NCBI GenBank assembly: GCA_964611445.1
Contig: CAZSYZ010000002.1
Coordinates: forward strand, 1-37,780
Reading direction: 5' to 3'
DNA: 37,780 bases
DNA from: an uncultured archaeon
GTDB taxonomy: Archaea; Aenigmatarchaeota; Aenigmatarchaeia; QMZP01; JAFGSV01
Shown here: positions 24,256 to 33,079 of the stretch, piece after piece
Layout: each line of letters opens with the position of its first letter
Position numbering within the stretch: the stretch's first letter is position 1
The notes under the pieces: model-generated
Databases searched by the model: none
Seen by the model: the letters and a program-made list of their open reading frames with translations, nothing else
What the model was told of the DNA's origin: nothing
Program-made: the position numbers and the translations under genes

Positions 24256-26127
24256 TCACTTCAGCCTCACGGCCTCCAGGTTCTTGGGGGCGAGCGTCTC
24301 GCACTTGAATATCTTGTGGGCGTCCTTCGCGAACTCGACGCACCTGCTGCTCTCGCCGTGGTTGACCAGTATGCGCTCCAGCCTCCCCGGGAGGTTGTAG
24401 ATGTAGCTCACCAGCTGCTTCCTGTCCGAGTGGCCGGAAAGCCCGTGGACCGAGTGCACCTCCATGTTGACGGGAACGGTCACGGTCTTGCCGCCCTCCT
24501 TGCCTATGGGCACCTCGTTCCAGCCCTTCTGCAGCCTCCTTCCCAGGGTGCCTTCGGCCTGGTAGCCCACGAAAATGAGCATGTTCTTCTTGTCCGGGGC
24601 GAACGCCTTGAAGTACTCCACGGCCGGCCCGCCTATTAGCATGCCGGACGTGGCTATGACGACACCCGGCTCGTTGGAGTCCAGTATCTTGTTCCTCTCC
24701 TTCGGGACCACCCTCTTGAATATCTCGTTGGTGAACGGGTTCTCTCCCTTGTGGAAGATGTCCCTCTGGACGTATCTTGAAAGGTATTCGGGGTAGGCCG
24801 TGTGTATGGCAGTCGAGTCCCAAAGCATCCCCTCCATCCAGACCGGATACTTGAATCCGTTTCCCGCCAGCACGGCCATGACCTCCTGGGCCCTGCCGAC
24901 GGCGAACGACGGTATGAGGACCTTCCCTCCCCTTTCCATGACCTTGTTGATGAGGTCCATGAGCTCCTGCTCGGATTCGCGCCTTCCCGGCATCAGGTTG
25001 TCGGAAGCGCCGTAAGTGGACTCTATCAGAAGGGTCTCGACCCTCTGGAACTTCGTGGAGGCCGCGTCGAAAAGCCTGCTCGGGCCGAACTTTATGTCGC
25101 CCGTGTAGAGGACATTGTGCAGCCCGTCGCCTATGTGCAGATGCACTACCGAAGCGCCCAGCAGGTGGCCTGAAGGCTCCAGGGTCAGGCGCACGTCGGG
25201 AGTGATGTCGCTGACCTCCCCGTAATCCAGTGCTATGGTGTGCTTGACTGCCTTCTCGACGGACTTCTTGGTGTACCAGACCTTCTTGCCCTCCCTCTGG
25301 CAGACGTCGACGAAGTCCAGGCAGAGGAGCACCATGGTGTCCCTCGTGGGCGCCGTGCAGTAAAGCGGGCCCTCGTAGCCGTTCTCATAAAGCCATGGGA
25401 TGAAGCCGCAGTGGTCAAGGTGGCTGTGGCTGAGCACCACGGCGTCCAGCTTCCCTATGTCAAAATCCGGCGACTCTGTGTATGGAACGTCGTCCGTTCC
25501 CACGTCCACGCCGAAATCCAGTAGTATGTTCGAGTTCGAGGTCTGGAGCATGATGCCGCTCCTTCCTACCTGCCTCCCGCCCCCGAGATACGAAAGCCTT
25601 ATCCATTCCTTGTCCTTCTCGACCCTGGGAGGGGAGTTTATCCTCTGGCCTATCTTGTTGAGGAACACCTTCCTGTACGGTATCTCGCTGTGGAGCAGGT
25701 TCCTGACGGCCCTGACTATCTCCGACTCTATCGCGGGCGCCCTCTCTATCTTCGGGAGCCAAAGCGTCTCGGACTTTATCTTCCTGTAGGTTTCCCCGCC
25801 CTTGCCTATGACAAGGCCGGGCTTGGCGGACTCTATCACGACCTTGCCCAGCTCGGGCTCGAAGTATATGGCCTTTATATCGGCATCCTTCGGCACGATG
25901 GCCTCTATCTTCTTCTTGGCCTTCTCCGGGTCCAGCGTGATGGTCTGGTCAGGCCTTATCTCTATCCTCTTCTTGAGGCTGGACACTATGTTCCTGACCA
26001 CGCCCTCGCTTTCCCTGAAGAACGTCTTGTTCTTGGTGTATAGCACCATCTCGGAGCCCTCGAACTTGGCTTCTGATATCTCCGCGTCCTTGGGTAGATG
26101 CGTCTCTAATTCCTTTAACAGACTCAT
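24256..26127 (-). CDS. aCPSF1-type KH-domain / metallo-beta-lactamase / beta-CASP ribonuclease.
   Basis: N-terminal KH region (VVIESAKPGLVIGKGGETYRKI), the HSHLDHCG motif, and beta-CASP C-terminal blocks. I prefer the ATG at 26127 (MSLLKEL), which follows GGAG. Confidence 0.9.
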   Translation of the reverse strand: MSLLKELETHLPKDAEISEAKFEGSEMVLYTKNKTFFRESEGVVRNIVSSLKKRIEIRPDQTITLDPEKAKKKIEAIVPKDADIKAIYFEPELGKVVIESAKPGLVIGKGGETYRKIKSETLWLPKIERAPAIESEIVRAVRNLLHSEIPYRKVFLNKIGQRINSPPRVEKDKEWIRLSYLGGGRQVGRSGIMLQTSNSNILLDFGVDVGTDDVPYTESPDFDIGKLDAVVLSHSHLDHCGFIPWLYENGYEGPLYCTAPTRDTMVLLCLDFVDVCQREGKKVWYTKKSVEKAVKHTIALDYGEVSDITPDVRLTLEPSGHLLGASVVHLHIGDGLHNVLYTGDIKFGPSRLFDAASTKFQRVETLLIESTYGASDNLMPGRRESEQELMDLINKVMERGGKVLIPSFAVGRAQEVMAVLAGNGFKYPVWMEGMLWDSTAIHTAYPEYLSRYVQRDIFHKGENPFTNEIFKRVVPKERNKILDSNEPGVVIATSGMLIGGPAVEYFKAFAPDKKNMLIFVGYQAEGTLGRRLQKGWNEVPIGKEGGKTVTVPVNMEVHSVHGLSGHSDRKQLVSYIYNLPGRLERILVNHGESSRCVEFAKDAHKIFKCETLAPKNLEAVRLK

Positions 26128-26171
26128 ATTCGTCTCCTGAAAAAACTGACTGAAAATATGACAAAAAACAT

Positions 26172-26801
26172 TCACGCTGCGATCTTCTTGACCTCTTCGT
26201 CGCTGACCCTCTTGAAGCCCGCGCCGGAAATGACCACGGCGTCTATTCCGCTGCCTCCCGATGCGATGTCCCTCTTCGTCGCGGCCCTCACGGACCTGAT
26301 TGCAAGCCTCTTCGCCTCTTCGATGGTCATGCCATCCTTGAACTCGTTCTCGAGCACGCCGAAGGCTATAGGTGAGCCTGAACCCGTCGAGAAGTACTTC
26401 TCTGGCATCACTGAGCCGTCGGGCGACATGGTGAAAAGCCAGGGCTTCTGGTCGTATCCCGCGACGACTAGCTGCACTATGTACGGGTAAAACCTTCTTG
26501 AGTACAGGATGTTGGCTATCAGGGTGGAAGCCGCCTCGGTGCCCATCTTCCTTCCTTCCTGAAGCTCGTAAAGCTTCAGCTCAGCCCTCACGTACCTGAT
26601 GAGCGCCTGCGCATCCCCGACCACGCCTGCTATAGTCATGCCGAGCTTGTCGTCGATCTGGTATATCTTCTCGGCGTCCTGGCTTGCCACGAGGTAGCCC
26701 ATGGTGGCCTTCCTTTCCGCGGCTAACACGACCGCACCGTTCGCCATTATTCCGACGGTTGTCGTCCCCGTCTTCATGTTCTTCTCGATTTGCTCCATCA
26801 T
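26172..26801 (-). CDS. psmB: Proteasome beta subunit.
   Basis: The propeptide is followed by TTTVGIMANGAVVLAAERKAT (Thr1 active site). Confidence 0.92.
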   Translation of the reverse strand: MMEQIEKNMKTGTTTVGIMANGAVVLAAERKATMGYLVASQDAEKIYQIDDKLGMTIAGVVGDAQALIRYVRAELKLYELQEGRKMGTEAASTLIANILYSRRFYPYIVQLVVAGYDQKPWLFTMSPDGSVMPEKYFSTGSGSPIAFGVLENEFKDGMTIEEAKRLAIRSVRAATKRDIASGGSGIDAVVISGAGFKRVSDEEVKKIAA

Positions 26802-26864
26802 GAGAATCAGCGCCGTTCACTGAAATTGATTAATTTATTGAACATAGTACTTATAAATCTTTGC

Positions 26865-27305
26865 TCAGGTGGGTATCGTGACGGCACCCCTCCTGGATGC
26901 GATGAGGCTGTGCACGAGTTCCGCGAGGGAGTTCAGCAGGCCCTGCGCCTGCCCCATGTCCATCTGTATCTTCGAAGGCTCCAGTATCTCCACGCTCGAG
27001 GGCGCGTAGTTCAGTATGAGATAGGCAAGCGTGTCGAACCTTCTGGCCACCATTTCGGCCTCGACCACCTGCGAGAACGCCTCCTTGATGTTCCGGAACG
27101 GGCTCTTCACCTTCTGGGCTTCCTCTAACTTCTCGCTGTATATGATGAGGTCCTCCTCCTTCTTCATCAGCTCCATGTGCTTTCTGAGGCTGTTCTCGGC
27201 CGCCTCCTTTGAGACGGCAAGGACCTCTATGTCCATCCTCACCTTTATCCAGCCGTCCTTGAGCCTCTTCTTAGCAGTTTCCATGACGTCTTCCGCCATA
27301 ACCAT
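26865..27305 (-). CDS. Hypothetical protein (146 aa, helical and charged).
   Basis: Only the 3' part of track ORF 26865..27638 has host-like coding character. The ATG at 27305 gives MVMAEDVMETAKKRLKDGWIKV. The rest of that ORF overlaps the radical SAM gene. Confidence 0.55.
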   Translation of the reverse strand: MVMAEDVMETAKKRLKDGWIKVRMDIEVLAVSKEAAENSLRKHMELMKKEEDLIIYSEKLEEAQKVKSPFRNIKEAFSQVVEAEMVARRFDTLAYLILNYAPSSVEILEPSKIQMDMGQAQGLLNSLAELVHSLIASRRGAVTIPT

Positions 27306-27334
27306 TAAAGGCGGGTCATTATTTAAATGTCTTG

Positions 27335-28336
27335 CTAGGCCCACTTCTTCCCGGCTATCGGGACACTGGTCCCGCATTTGAGGCACTTGCCCCCATGGTA
27401 GACCGTGCTGTACCCCGACCGCTCTATGATGACTTGGCCGCACTTCGGACAGAACGTGGATTCCTTGTCGGTACGCGCGTTGCCCAGGTACACGTAGTTC
27501 ATGCCCTCCTTCCTTGCGATTCCGTGGCATTTCTCCAGGGTCTCCAGCGGCGTCGGGGGCACGCCCGTCAGCCTGTGCTGCGGGAAGAAGGCGGAGAAGT
27601 GGAGCGGCACGTCGGGGCCGAGATTGTCCCTGACCCACATGACAATCTTCAGTATTTCCTTCCTGTCATCGTTGTAGCCCGGGATGACGAGGGTCGTTAT
27701 CTCCGTCCAGACACCATGCTTCTTGTAGGCGAGCAGCGCGTCGTACACGGGCTTTATGCCGGGCGCCATGCACACCTTCCTGTAGAATCCGTCATTGCCT
27801 TTCACGTCCACGTTGACGGCGTCCAGGTACTTAGACGCATGCTTTATGGCCTCCGGGGTCGTGTAACCGTTGCTCACCCACACGTTGTAGAGCCCGGCCT
27901 TGGAGGCGAGCTTCATGGTGTCATAAGCATATTCGTAGAATATGGTCGGCTCCGTGTACGTGTATGCTATGCCTTTCACGTCCCGGCTTTTCGCCAGTTC
28001 AACGATTTTCTCGGGCTCGATGCTCTCACCAAAAATGTCCCTAGGCTGGGATATCTCCCAGTTCTGGCAGTGCATGCACCTGAAGTTGCACCCGACCGTC
28101 GAGATGGAAAGGCAGTCGGTCCCCGGCGCGAAATGGAACAGCGGCTTCTTCTCTATGGGGTCCACGGCCACGGAGCAGGCCTTTCCGTAGACCAGTGAGT
28201 AGAGCTTTCCCTTCACGTTTTTCCGGACTCCGCAGAAGCCAGTCCTGCCGTCGCCTATGCCTTTGCAGCGGCGCGCGCAGAGACGGCAGTCGACCTTGCC
28301 GCCCTTAGCTTTGTCCCAGAAGAGAGCCTCCTTCAT
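27335..28336 (-). CDS. AmmeMemoRadiSam-system-type radical SAM enzyme (PflA-like, COG1180).
   Basis: Contains VDCRLCARRC..GFCGVR, DPIEKKPLFHF, a CNFRCMHCQNW cluster and a C-terminal CPKCG..CLKCG ribbon. The start is either the ATG at 28336 or the TTG at 28372. Confidence 0.85.
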   Translation of the reverse strand: MKEALFWDKAKGGKVDCRLCARRCKGIGDGRTGFCGVRKNVKGKLYSLVYGKACSVAVDPIEKKPLFHFAPGTDCLSISTVGCNFRCMHCQNWEISQPRDIFGESIEPEKIVELAKSRDVKGIAYTYTEPTIFYEYAYDTMKLASKAGLYNVWVSNGYTTPEAIKHASKYLDAVNVDVKGNDGFYRKVCMAPGIKPVYDALLAYKKHGVWTEITTLVIPGYNDDRKEILKIVMWVRDNLGPDVPLHFSAFFPQHRLTGVPPTPLETLEKCHGIARKEGMNYVYLGNARTDKESTFCPKCGQVIIERSGYSTVYHGGKCLKCGTSVPIAGKKWA

Positions 28337-28450
28337 GCTTTTATATAAATTTGCTAAACTAATAAAAGCCAAAAGCCTCTGTAGCTCATCAGGCTTTTAC
28401 GGGAGCTGACCGCTTCCACAAAAGCCCGAACGGCAAAAGAGGAAAAAAGG

Positions 28451-28588
28451 GCCTCTGTAGCTCAGCCGGTAGAGCGATCGTTTCGTAAACGATAGGTCGC
28501 GGGTTCAAATGCACCTTTTGCACAGGTAGACGTGCAAAACGCGCCCGAAAGTAAGCTGGCGCACGTGCTGAAATTCCCTCCAGAGGCT
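28451..28588 (+). tRNA. tRNA-Thr (anticodon CGU) with a 65-nt intron at position 59/60 (28510..28574).
   Basis: Hand-folded cloverleaf:
- acceptor gcctctg/cagaggc, 7 perfect bp
- D stem gctc/gagc
- anticodon stem atcgt/acgat with loop ttCGTaa
- variable loop aggtc
- T stem gcggg/ccctc, with one C:U mismatch
- T loop ttcaaa|t
The intron junctions form a canonical hBHBh' motif (see findings). No CCA is encoded. Confidence 0.8.
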
Positions 28589-29122
28589 CTACTTCTTCTC
28601 TATTACGACCTTCTTCGTCATGCCGTACGGATACCTGCTTATCACGGACTTCTTCTCCATCCTGCTGAGAACCCTGTGCAGTCTTACCTTTGGCATGCCG
28701 GTACGGTTGGAGAGCTCCTTCTGGGTCAGCTCCCCTCCGGCCTTCTTCAGCTCTTCCATGACGGACTTCTCTTCTGGCAGGAGAAGGGCTTTCTCCACTT
28801 CCTCCCTGAGGAGGCCCGTTTCCTTTTCCCTGATGAGATACCACATCGAAATTCCCGCGATTATGAACGCGACGCCGCCAAGCAAATCTATCAGAGACTC
28901 GCTGGGGAACTGGCGGTTCATCTGCATCCTGAAGTCCCTGAAGCCCTCGGTCAAGTTTCCGTTCGGCGGTGTAGGCAACATGGAGGCGTTCATACCGTCA
29001 AACATGGCGTTCCTGAACCAGAAATCGTAAACCTGGGAAACGAAGTTTACGAGAAAATAGCCTCCGAATATGAAGCACAAGAACATAACGGCCATGAATT
29101 TCTTCTTCATCAGTCTCACCAT
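28589..29122 (-). CDS. Membrane-anchored winged-HTH protein (MarR/TrmB-like C-terminal domain).
   Basis: Two predicted TM segments, then EELKKAGGELTQKELSNRTGMPKVRLHRVLSRMEKKSVISRYPYG. Confidence 0.7.
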   Translation of the reverse strand: MVRLMKKKFMAVMFLCFIFGGYFLVNFVSQVYDFWFRNAMFDGMNASMLPTPPNGNLTEGFRDFRMQMNRQFPSESLIDLLGGVAFIIAGISMWYLIREKETGLLREEVEKALLLPEEKSVMEELKKAGGELTQKELSNRTGMPKVRLHRVLSRMEKKSVISRYPYGMTKKVVIEKK

Positions 29123-29137
29123 TTAATGGTTACAAGT

Positions 29138-29220
29138 CGTTTCACGTTTGTTATATAATCCGTTTCAGCTTTAAAAAAGTTGTTTCAGTCCGTTTCAACA
29201 TACATAGATATACCGTTTCA
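29138..29220. promoter_or_regulatory. Array of five (C/T)GTTTCA heptamers in the divergent promoter between the wHTH gene and the ABC operon.
   Basis: Copies start at 29138, 29161, 29181, 29191 and 29214, giving spacings of 23, 20, 10 and 23 nt. A TATA-like gttatataat lies at about 29150. Confidence 0.55.
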
Positions 29221-29235
29221 TCCACTCTTTCTTCC

Positions 29236-29937
29236 ATGGAAAAGCAGATAATACAGCTGAAGGACGTCTGGAAGATATACAGGATGGGAGAAGTGGAGGT
29301 GCCTGCTCTCAGGGGTGTGGAGCTCGATGTAAGCAGGGGCGAGTTCCTCGCCATATCCGGTGCGAGCGGAAGCGGGAAGAGCACGATGATGAACCTTGTA
29401 GGATGCCTCGACGTGCCAACCAGGGGAAGCATATATCTGGACGGCCGGGACATCTCGAAGCTCAGCGAATCGCAGCTGGCAAGCACGAGAGGCCGGAAGA
29501 TCGGCTTCATATTCCAGCAGTTCAACCTGATTCCGACGCTCAGCGCGCTGGAGAACGTGATGCTGCCGCTTGCATTTCAGGATGAGGATGATCCGGTGGC
29601 CAGAAAAAAATCAACAGAGCTTCTAAAGATGGTCGGCCTCGGGGACAGGATAAATCACCTTCCCTCGCAGCTTTCAGGCGGCCAGATGCAGAGGGTCGCG
29701 ATCGCGAGGTCGCTCGCCGTGGACCCCGAGATAATACTCGCGGACGAGCCCACGGGAAACCTCGACAGCAAAACAGGCGGGTTCATAATCGATTTTCTCA
29801 GGAAGGTTCACAGGGACGATGACAAGACCATCATAATGGTGACGCACGACCTTCACCTTGTTAAATTCGCGGACAGGGTGGTCTACCTCAAGGACGGCCA
29901 GATCGAAAGGATAGAAAAGAGGAGGGTGGCAAAATGA
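29236..29937 (+). CDS. ABC transporter ATP-binding protein (MacB/LolD-type).
   Basis: Contains [24 protein letters not shown] and [11 protein letters not shown]. Confidence 0.92.
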   Translation: MEKQIIQLKDVWKIYRMGEVEVPALRGVELDVSRGEFLAISGASGSGKSTMMNLVGCLDVPTRGSIYLDGRDISKLSESQLASTRGRKIGFIFQQFNLIPTLSALENVMLPLAFQDEDDPVARKKSTELLKMVGLGDRINHLPSQLSGGQMQRVAIARSLAVDPEIILADEPTGNLDSKTGGFIIDFLRKVHRDDDKTIIMVTHDLHLVKFADRVVYLKDGQIERIEKRRVAK

Positions 29938-30023
29938 AATCATGCGGATACTACTGCAGGAATATAAACCCTGAACACGAGTTCTGCAGCCAGTTCAATA
30001 TAACAAGGAGGTTTTCAAGATGA
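29934..30023 (+). CDS. Candidate 29-aa micro-ORF ([29 protein letters not shown]).
   Basis: Its ATG overlaps the ABC ATPase stop (ATGA), and its TGA overlaps the next gene's ATG (ATGA). The interval also contains that gene's SD (AAGGAGGT), so it may simply be spacer. Confidence 0.3.
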   Translation: MKSCGYYCRNINPEHEFCSQFNITRRFSR

Positions 30024-31354
30024 GAATAGATATTTTGACAGCAGCGCTTTTACTGGCTTTGTGCATTTCCGCGGCCGGCGCGTTTGCCCAGGAATATCCG
30101 GCGACGTCCTCGATAGAGGTATCGCTGGTTAATCAGAATCCCGACCCCGCCAGGGCAGGCGACACGCTGGAGTTGAGGTTCATGGTGGAGAACAAGGGCG
30201 GAACGGATGCCACGAACGTCCGGTACGAGCTCGTCCCGAAATACCCTTTCGTGAAAATACCGGGAGAGGACTACACGGTAACCATAAGCAAGATTTCAGC
30301 CTATCAGCTTGGCGACGACTCGGCAACAATAAAGTTCGAGGTCATGGTCGACAAAAATGCCGTGAAAGGGGTCAATGAGATAGAACTGAGAAGGATATAC
30401 AGCACCGGATCGAGCACAACAAAAAGCTTCGAGATAGACGTCAGGGGAACCGAGTACGCCCAGATAATATACGTTGACAAGGCGAAGCTTTACCCCGGCA
30501 ACGAAACCCCGCTGACGTTCACCATCACGAACGTGGGGAATTCGCCCCTGAGGGATCTGGTTTTCTCATGGAGCGAGGAGGACGGTGTCATTCTTCCGGT
30601 ATATTCCGACGACACGAAATACATAAAGAGCATAGACGTCGGCGAATCGGTGGAAGTCGAATACACAGTCGTTGCGGACGTGAACGCCGACCAGGGACTT
30701 TACCAGCTGGACCTTACCCTCCAGTATGAAACGGAGTCGGGCGTCACGGAGGAGTTGAGCACAAAAGCGGGCATCTTTATCGGCGGCGAGACGGATTTTG
30801 ACGTGACGTTCTCCGAGAGTTCGGAAGGCGTGACATCACTCTCGCTGGCAAACGTAGGCAACAACCCCGCTTACTCAGTGACGGTCAGAATCCCGGACCA
30901 GCCTAACTACAGGGTGACGGGCAGCACTTCGACGATAGTGGGCAATCTGGACAAGGGCGACTATACGATAGTGTCTTTCCAGATAAGCCAGAGCACCGCC
31001 GCGGCCTTCAGCCCCCAGAACTTCAGTCAGATGACGCCTGATCAGAGGACAGCCATGAGGGATTCCGCGGCACGGACTGAGGGATTGGACAACAGCCTCG
31101 AAGTGCTCATAGAGTACACGGACACGACCGGAATAAGGCACGTGGTCGAGAAGGACGTCCCTATACAGTTCAGGGCAGCTGATACCGACACAGCAACGGC
31201 CACGACCAGGTTCGCAAGGCAGTCCGTTGTTTCATCGCCGTACGCGACCTACGTGATGTACGGGGAGCTGGTGGCGGTATTGGTTGTGGCCCTGGTGTGC
31301 TACAGGAAGAGGGAGAAGATCAAGGCGCTGATAGGCAAGAAAAAGAAAGGCTGA
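30020..31354 (+). CDS. Secreted, C-terminally anchored protein with CARDB/COG1361-like beta-sandwich repeats.
   Basis: It has a signal peptide and repeated motifs of the type GDTLELRFMVENKGGTDATNV / LTFTITNVGNSPLRDL / SLSLANVGNNPAYSV. The C-terminal end has a TM segment plus a KKKKG tail. It sits between the MacB-type ATPase and the permease. Confidence 0.75.
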   Translation: MRIDILTAALLLALCISAAGAFAQEYPATSSIEVSLVNQNPDPARAGDTLELRFMVENKGGTDATNVRYELVPKYPFVKIPGEDYTVTISKISAYQLGDDSATIKFEVMVDKNAVKGVNEIELRRIYSTGSSTTKSFEIDVRGTEYAQIIYVDKAKLYPGNETPLTFTITNVGNSPLRDLVFSWSEEDGVILPVYSDDTKYIKSIDVGESVEVEYTVVADVNADQGLYQLDLTLQYETESGVTEELSTKAGIFIGGETDFDVTFSESSEGVTSLSLANVGNNPAYSVTVRIPDQPNYRVTGSTSTIVGNLDKGDYTIVSFQISQSTAAAFSPQNFSQMTPDQRTAMRDSAARTEGLDNSLEVLIEYTDTTGIRHVVEKDVPIQFRAADTDTATATTRFARQSVVSSPYATYVMYGELVAVLVVALVCYRKREKIKALIGKKKKG

Positions 31355-31358
31355 ATGC

Positions 31359-32654
31359 ATGAAAGCGAGGAAATCCTTCAAGCTAGCAGTGAATATACTG
31401 AGGCACAGCAGGCTGCGTAGCTGGCTTACCATAATAGGCATAGTCATAGGAGTAGCGGCCGTGGTGGCCATAGTCTCCATAGGAGAAGGCATGCAGCAGA
31501 GCCTTGAGAGCAACCTCGGCGGCCTCGGGGCAGACATAATCACGGTCTCTCCCGGTGCTTCACGGGCCACGGGAGGGTTCAGGGTTTATACGGGGGGCGG
31601 TGAGCCGCCGGGCGGCTTCAGCACCAGCAGCACGAGAAGCTCGGCCACTGAGACAAAGAACCTGACCATAAGGGACATACAGGCTATCAGGTCAGTGGAC
31701 AATGTGGGGATAGTCACGGGCACGGTCTCCGGCCGGGGAGAGCTCTATTACCTGGCAGAAAAGACGACGGTCTCGGTCACTGGCGTCGATCCGGTAGCGT
31801 GGAACGGGATAACGACGGCTTCTCTCGCATCGGGGCGCTTTCTCGGCGCCGGCGATTATAACGCGATTCTGGTAGGGAGCAGGGTAGCCAGCAGGATGTT
31901 CAAGCAGCCCCTCTCTGTGAACAGGATTGTCACAATCGAGGGGGTGAACTTCAAGATCGTGGGAATACTGAACGAAAGCGGCGGCATGATGGGAGGCGGA
32001 AGCGACAGCGGCATAATCATGCCCATCGAGGCCGCAAGGGCCGTCCTTGACGACGTTGGGACCAGCAAATTCGACTCGATCATGGTAAAGGTTGCGGATG
32101 CCAGTCTCGTGGAAGAGACCATGTCCGATATCGACGCCAGGCTCATGCTCACGCGCCACGTCACGGACAGGACCAAGGACTACAGCGTCTCTTCATCCGT
32201 GGCCATGCAGGAAACCATAAATACAACCATGGAATCCATGACGCTCTTCCTGGCTGCCATCGCCGCGGTATCGCTCCTCGTGGGCGCCGTGGGCATCGCC
32301 AACACCATGTTCACAACGGTCCTCGAGAAGACCAAGGAGATAGGCATAATGAAGGCGATAGGCGCGAAGAACAGGGACATAATGGTCATATTCCTCATGA
32401 ACTCCGCGCTTGTGGGCGTCATCGGGGGTGTGATAGGAATCACACTCGGTACTCTGGCTTCATCATTGATGGACCTGGGAGGCACCGTGTCCGGAGGCGG
32501 GATGATGGGAAGGATGTTCGGTTCCACGCTCGTGACACCCCAGCTGGTTTTCTACGCGATGGCGATAGCGATAGGCATCTCTATGGTTGCAGGACTGGTT
32601 CCCGCCTACAGGGCATCGAAACTCAGGCCGGTTGACGCCCTGAGATACGAATGA
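31359..32654 (+). CDS. ABC transporter permease (MacB/FtsX family, COG0577).
   Basis: The layout is an N-terminal TM segment, a large periplasmic-type domain, and a C-terminal FtsX domain (KEIGIMKAIGAKNRDIM..). Confidence 0.9.
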   Translation: MKARKSFKLAVNILRHSRLRSWLTIIGIVIGVAAVVAIVSIGEGMQQSLESNLGGLGADIITVSPGASRATGGFRVYTGGGEPPGGFSTSSTRSSATETKNLTIRDIQAIRSVDNVGIVTGTVSGRGELYYLAEKTTVSVTGVDPVAWNGITTASLASGRFLGAGDYNAILVGSRVASRMFKQPLSVNRIVTIEGVNFKIVGILNESGGMMGGGSDSGIIMPIEAARAVLDDVGTSKFDSIMVKVADASLVEETMSDIDARLMLTRHVTDRTKDYSVSSSVAMQETINTTMESMTLFLAAIAAVSLLVGAVGIANTMFTTVLEKTKEIGIMKAIGAKNRDIMVIFLMNSALVGVIGGVIGITLGTLASSLMDLGGTVSGGGMMGRMFGSTLVTPQLVFYAMAIAIGISMVAGLVPAYRASKLRPVDALRYE

Positions 32655-32713
32655 AGCTTTTTAGGAAAAATCTTCAGCAAAAAAGGAAGCATTCACGGAA
32701 AAACAGGAGATTC

Positions 32714-32878
32714 CTAGCCGAACGCCGCGTCAAGCAGCTCCACTACCGGCGAGAACGGCTGGCAGTAGAACGCGTCCCTGTTGAAGTTCGTCGAGCAGAT
32801 GAAGACCACGAAGAAGATGAACAGGATGAGGAGTATGAGGAGTATTCCTACCGTCTTTATCGGGCTGCTTATCTGCAT
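32714..32878 (-). CDS. Candidate small membrane protein (54 aa).
   Basis: My translation is MQISSPIKTVGILLILLILFIFFVVFICSTNFNRDAFYCQPFSPVVELLDAAFG. It has host-like GC3. The overlapping +strand ORF 32651..32929 looks spurious. Confidence 0.35.
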   Translation of the reverse strand: MQISSPIKTVGILLILLILFIFFVVFICSTNFNRDAFYCQPFSPVVELLDAAFG

Positions 32879-32931
32879 GAAGTATTCTTCTTTACAGGGA
32901 TTTTTAAAGCGATAGTGTGCATACAGTAATC

Positions 32932-33042
32932 ATGGGCCGCGAAGAGGATAAGGAAGACTACTTCGAGCACCTCGACAAGAAGCGCTACAAGGGCAAGTAC
33001 AAGAAGCGCGTCCCCCTGCGGAAGATAAATGGCGTGCAGTGA
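32932..33042 (+). CDS. Candidate small basic protein (36 aa).
   Basis: My translation is MGREEDKEDYFEHLDKKRYKGKYKKRVPLRKINGVQ. Codon usage is host-like, and I recognise no family. Confidence 0.3.
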   Translation: MGREEDKEDYFEHLDKKRYKGKYKKRVPLRKINGVQ

Positions 33043-33079
33043 GTCCCTTATTTAAAATTTTCTTTGTATATAGCTGCTT

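Noticed and set aside
28337-28372. The TTTATATAA-like sequence immediately upstream of the ATG at 28336 as the promoter of the radical SAM gene.
   Set aside because: It lies only about 8-16 nt from that ATG. This is too close for an archaeal TATA box, which should sit about 25 nt upstream of the transcription start. Either the TTG at 28372 is the real start or the match is incidental. I left the start ambiguous instead of annotating a promoter.
28371-28398. A 14-nt exact copy of the tRNA-Thr 5' end (gcctctgtagctca at 28375-28388, against 28451-28464), considered as a possible att-site remnant of a tRNA-targeting integrative element.
   Set aside because: It is too short to evaluate without a search, and no island lies between the copies, which are only 76 nt apart. 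The copy sits in the loop of an 8-bp hairpin, aaaagcct/aggctttt, flanked by T-runs. That hairpin may simply be a terminator-like structure.
28510-28574. A C/D-box guide sRNA encoded in the tRNA-Thr intron.
   Set aside because: A CUGA (D-box-like) is present near the 3' end of the intron, but there is no RUGAUGA C box and no C'/D' pair.
29138-29220. The heptamer array, the attcactgaaca pair at about 8727/8760, or any other repeat as a CRISPR array.
   Set aside because: The repeat units are 7-12 nt with irregular short spacing, not 24-40-nt repeats with unique spacers of similar size. I found no CRISPR-like array or cas genes in the window.
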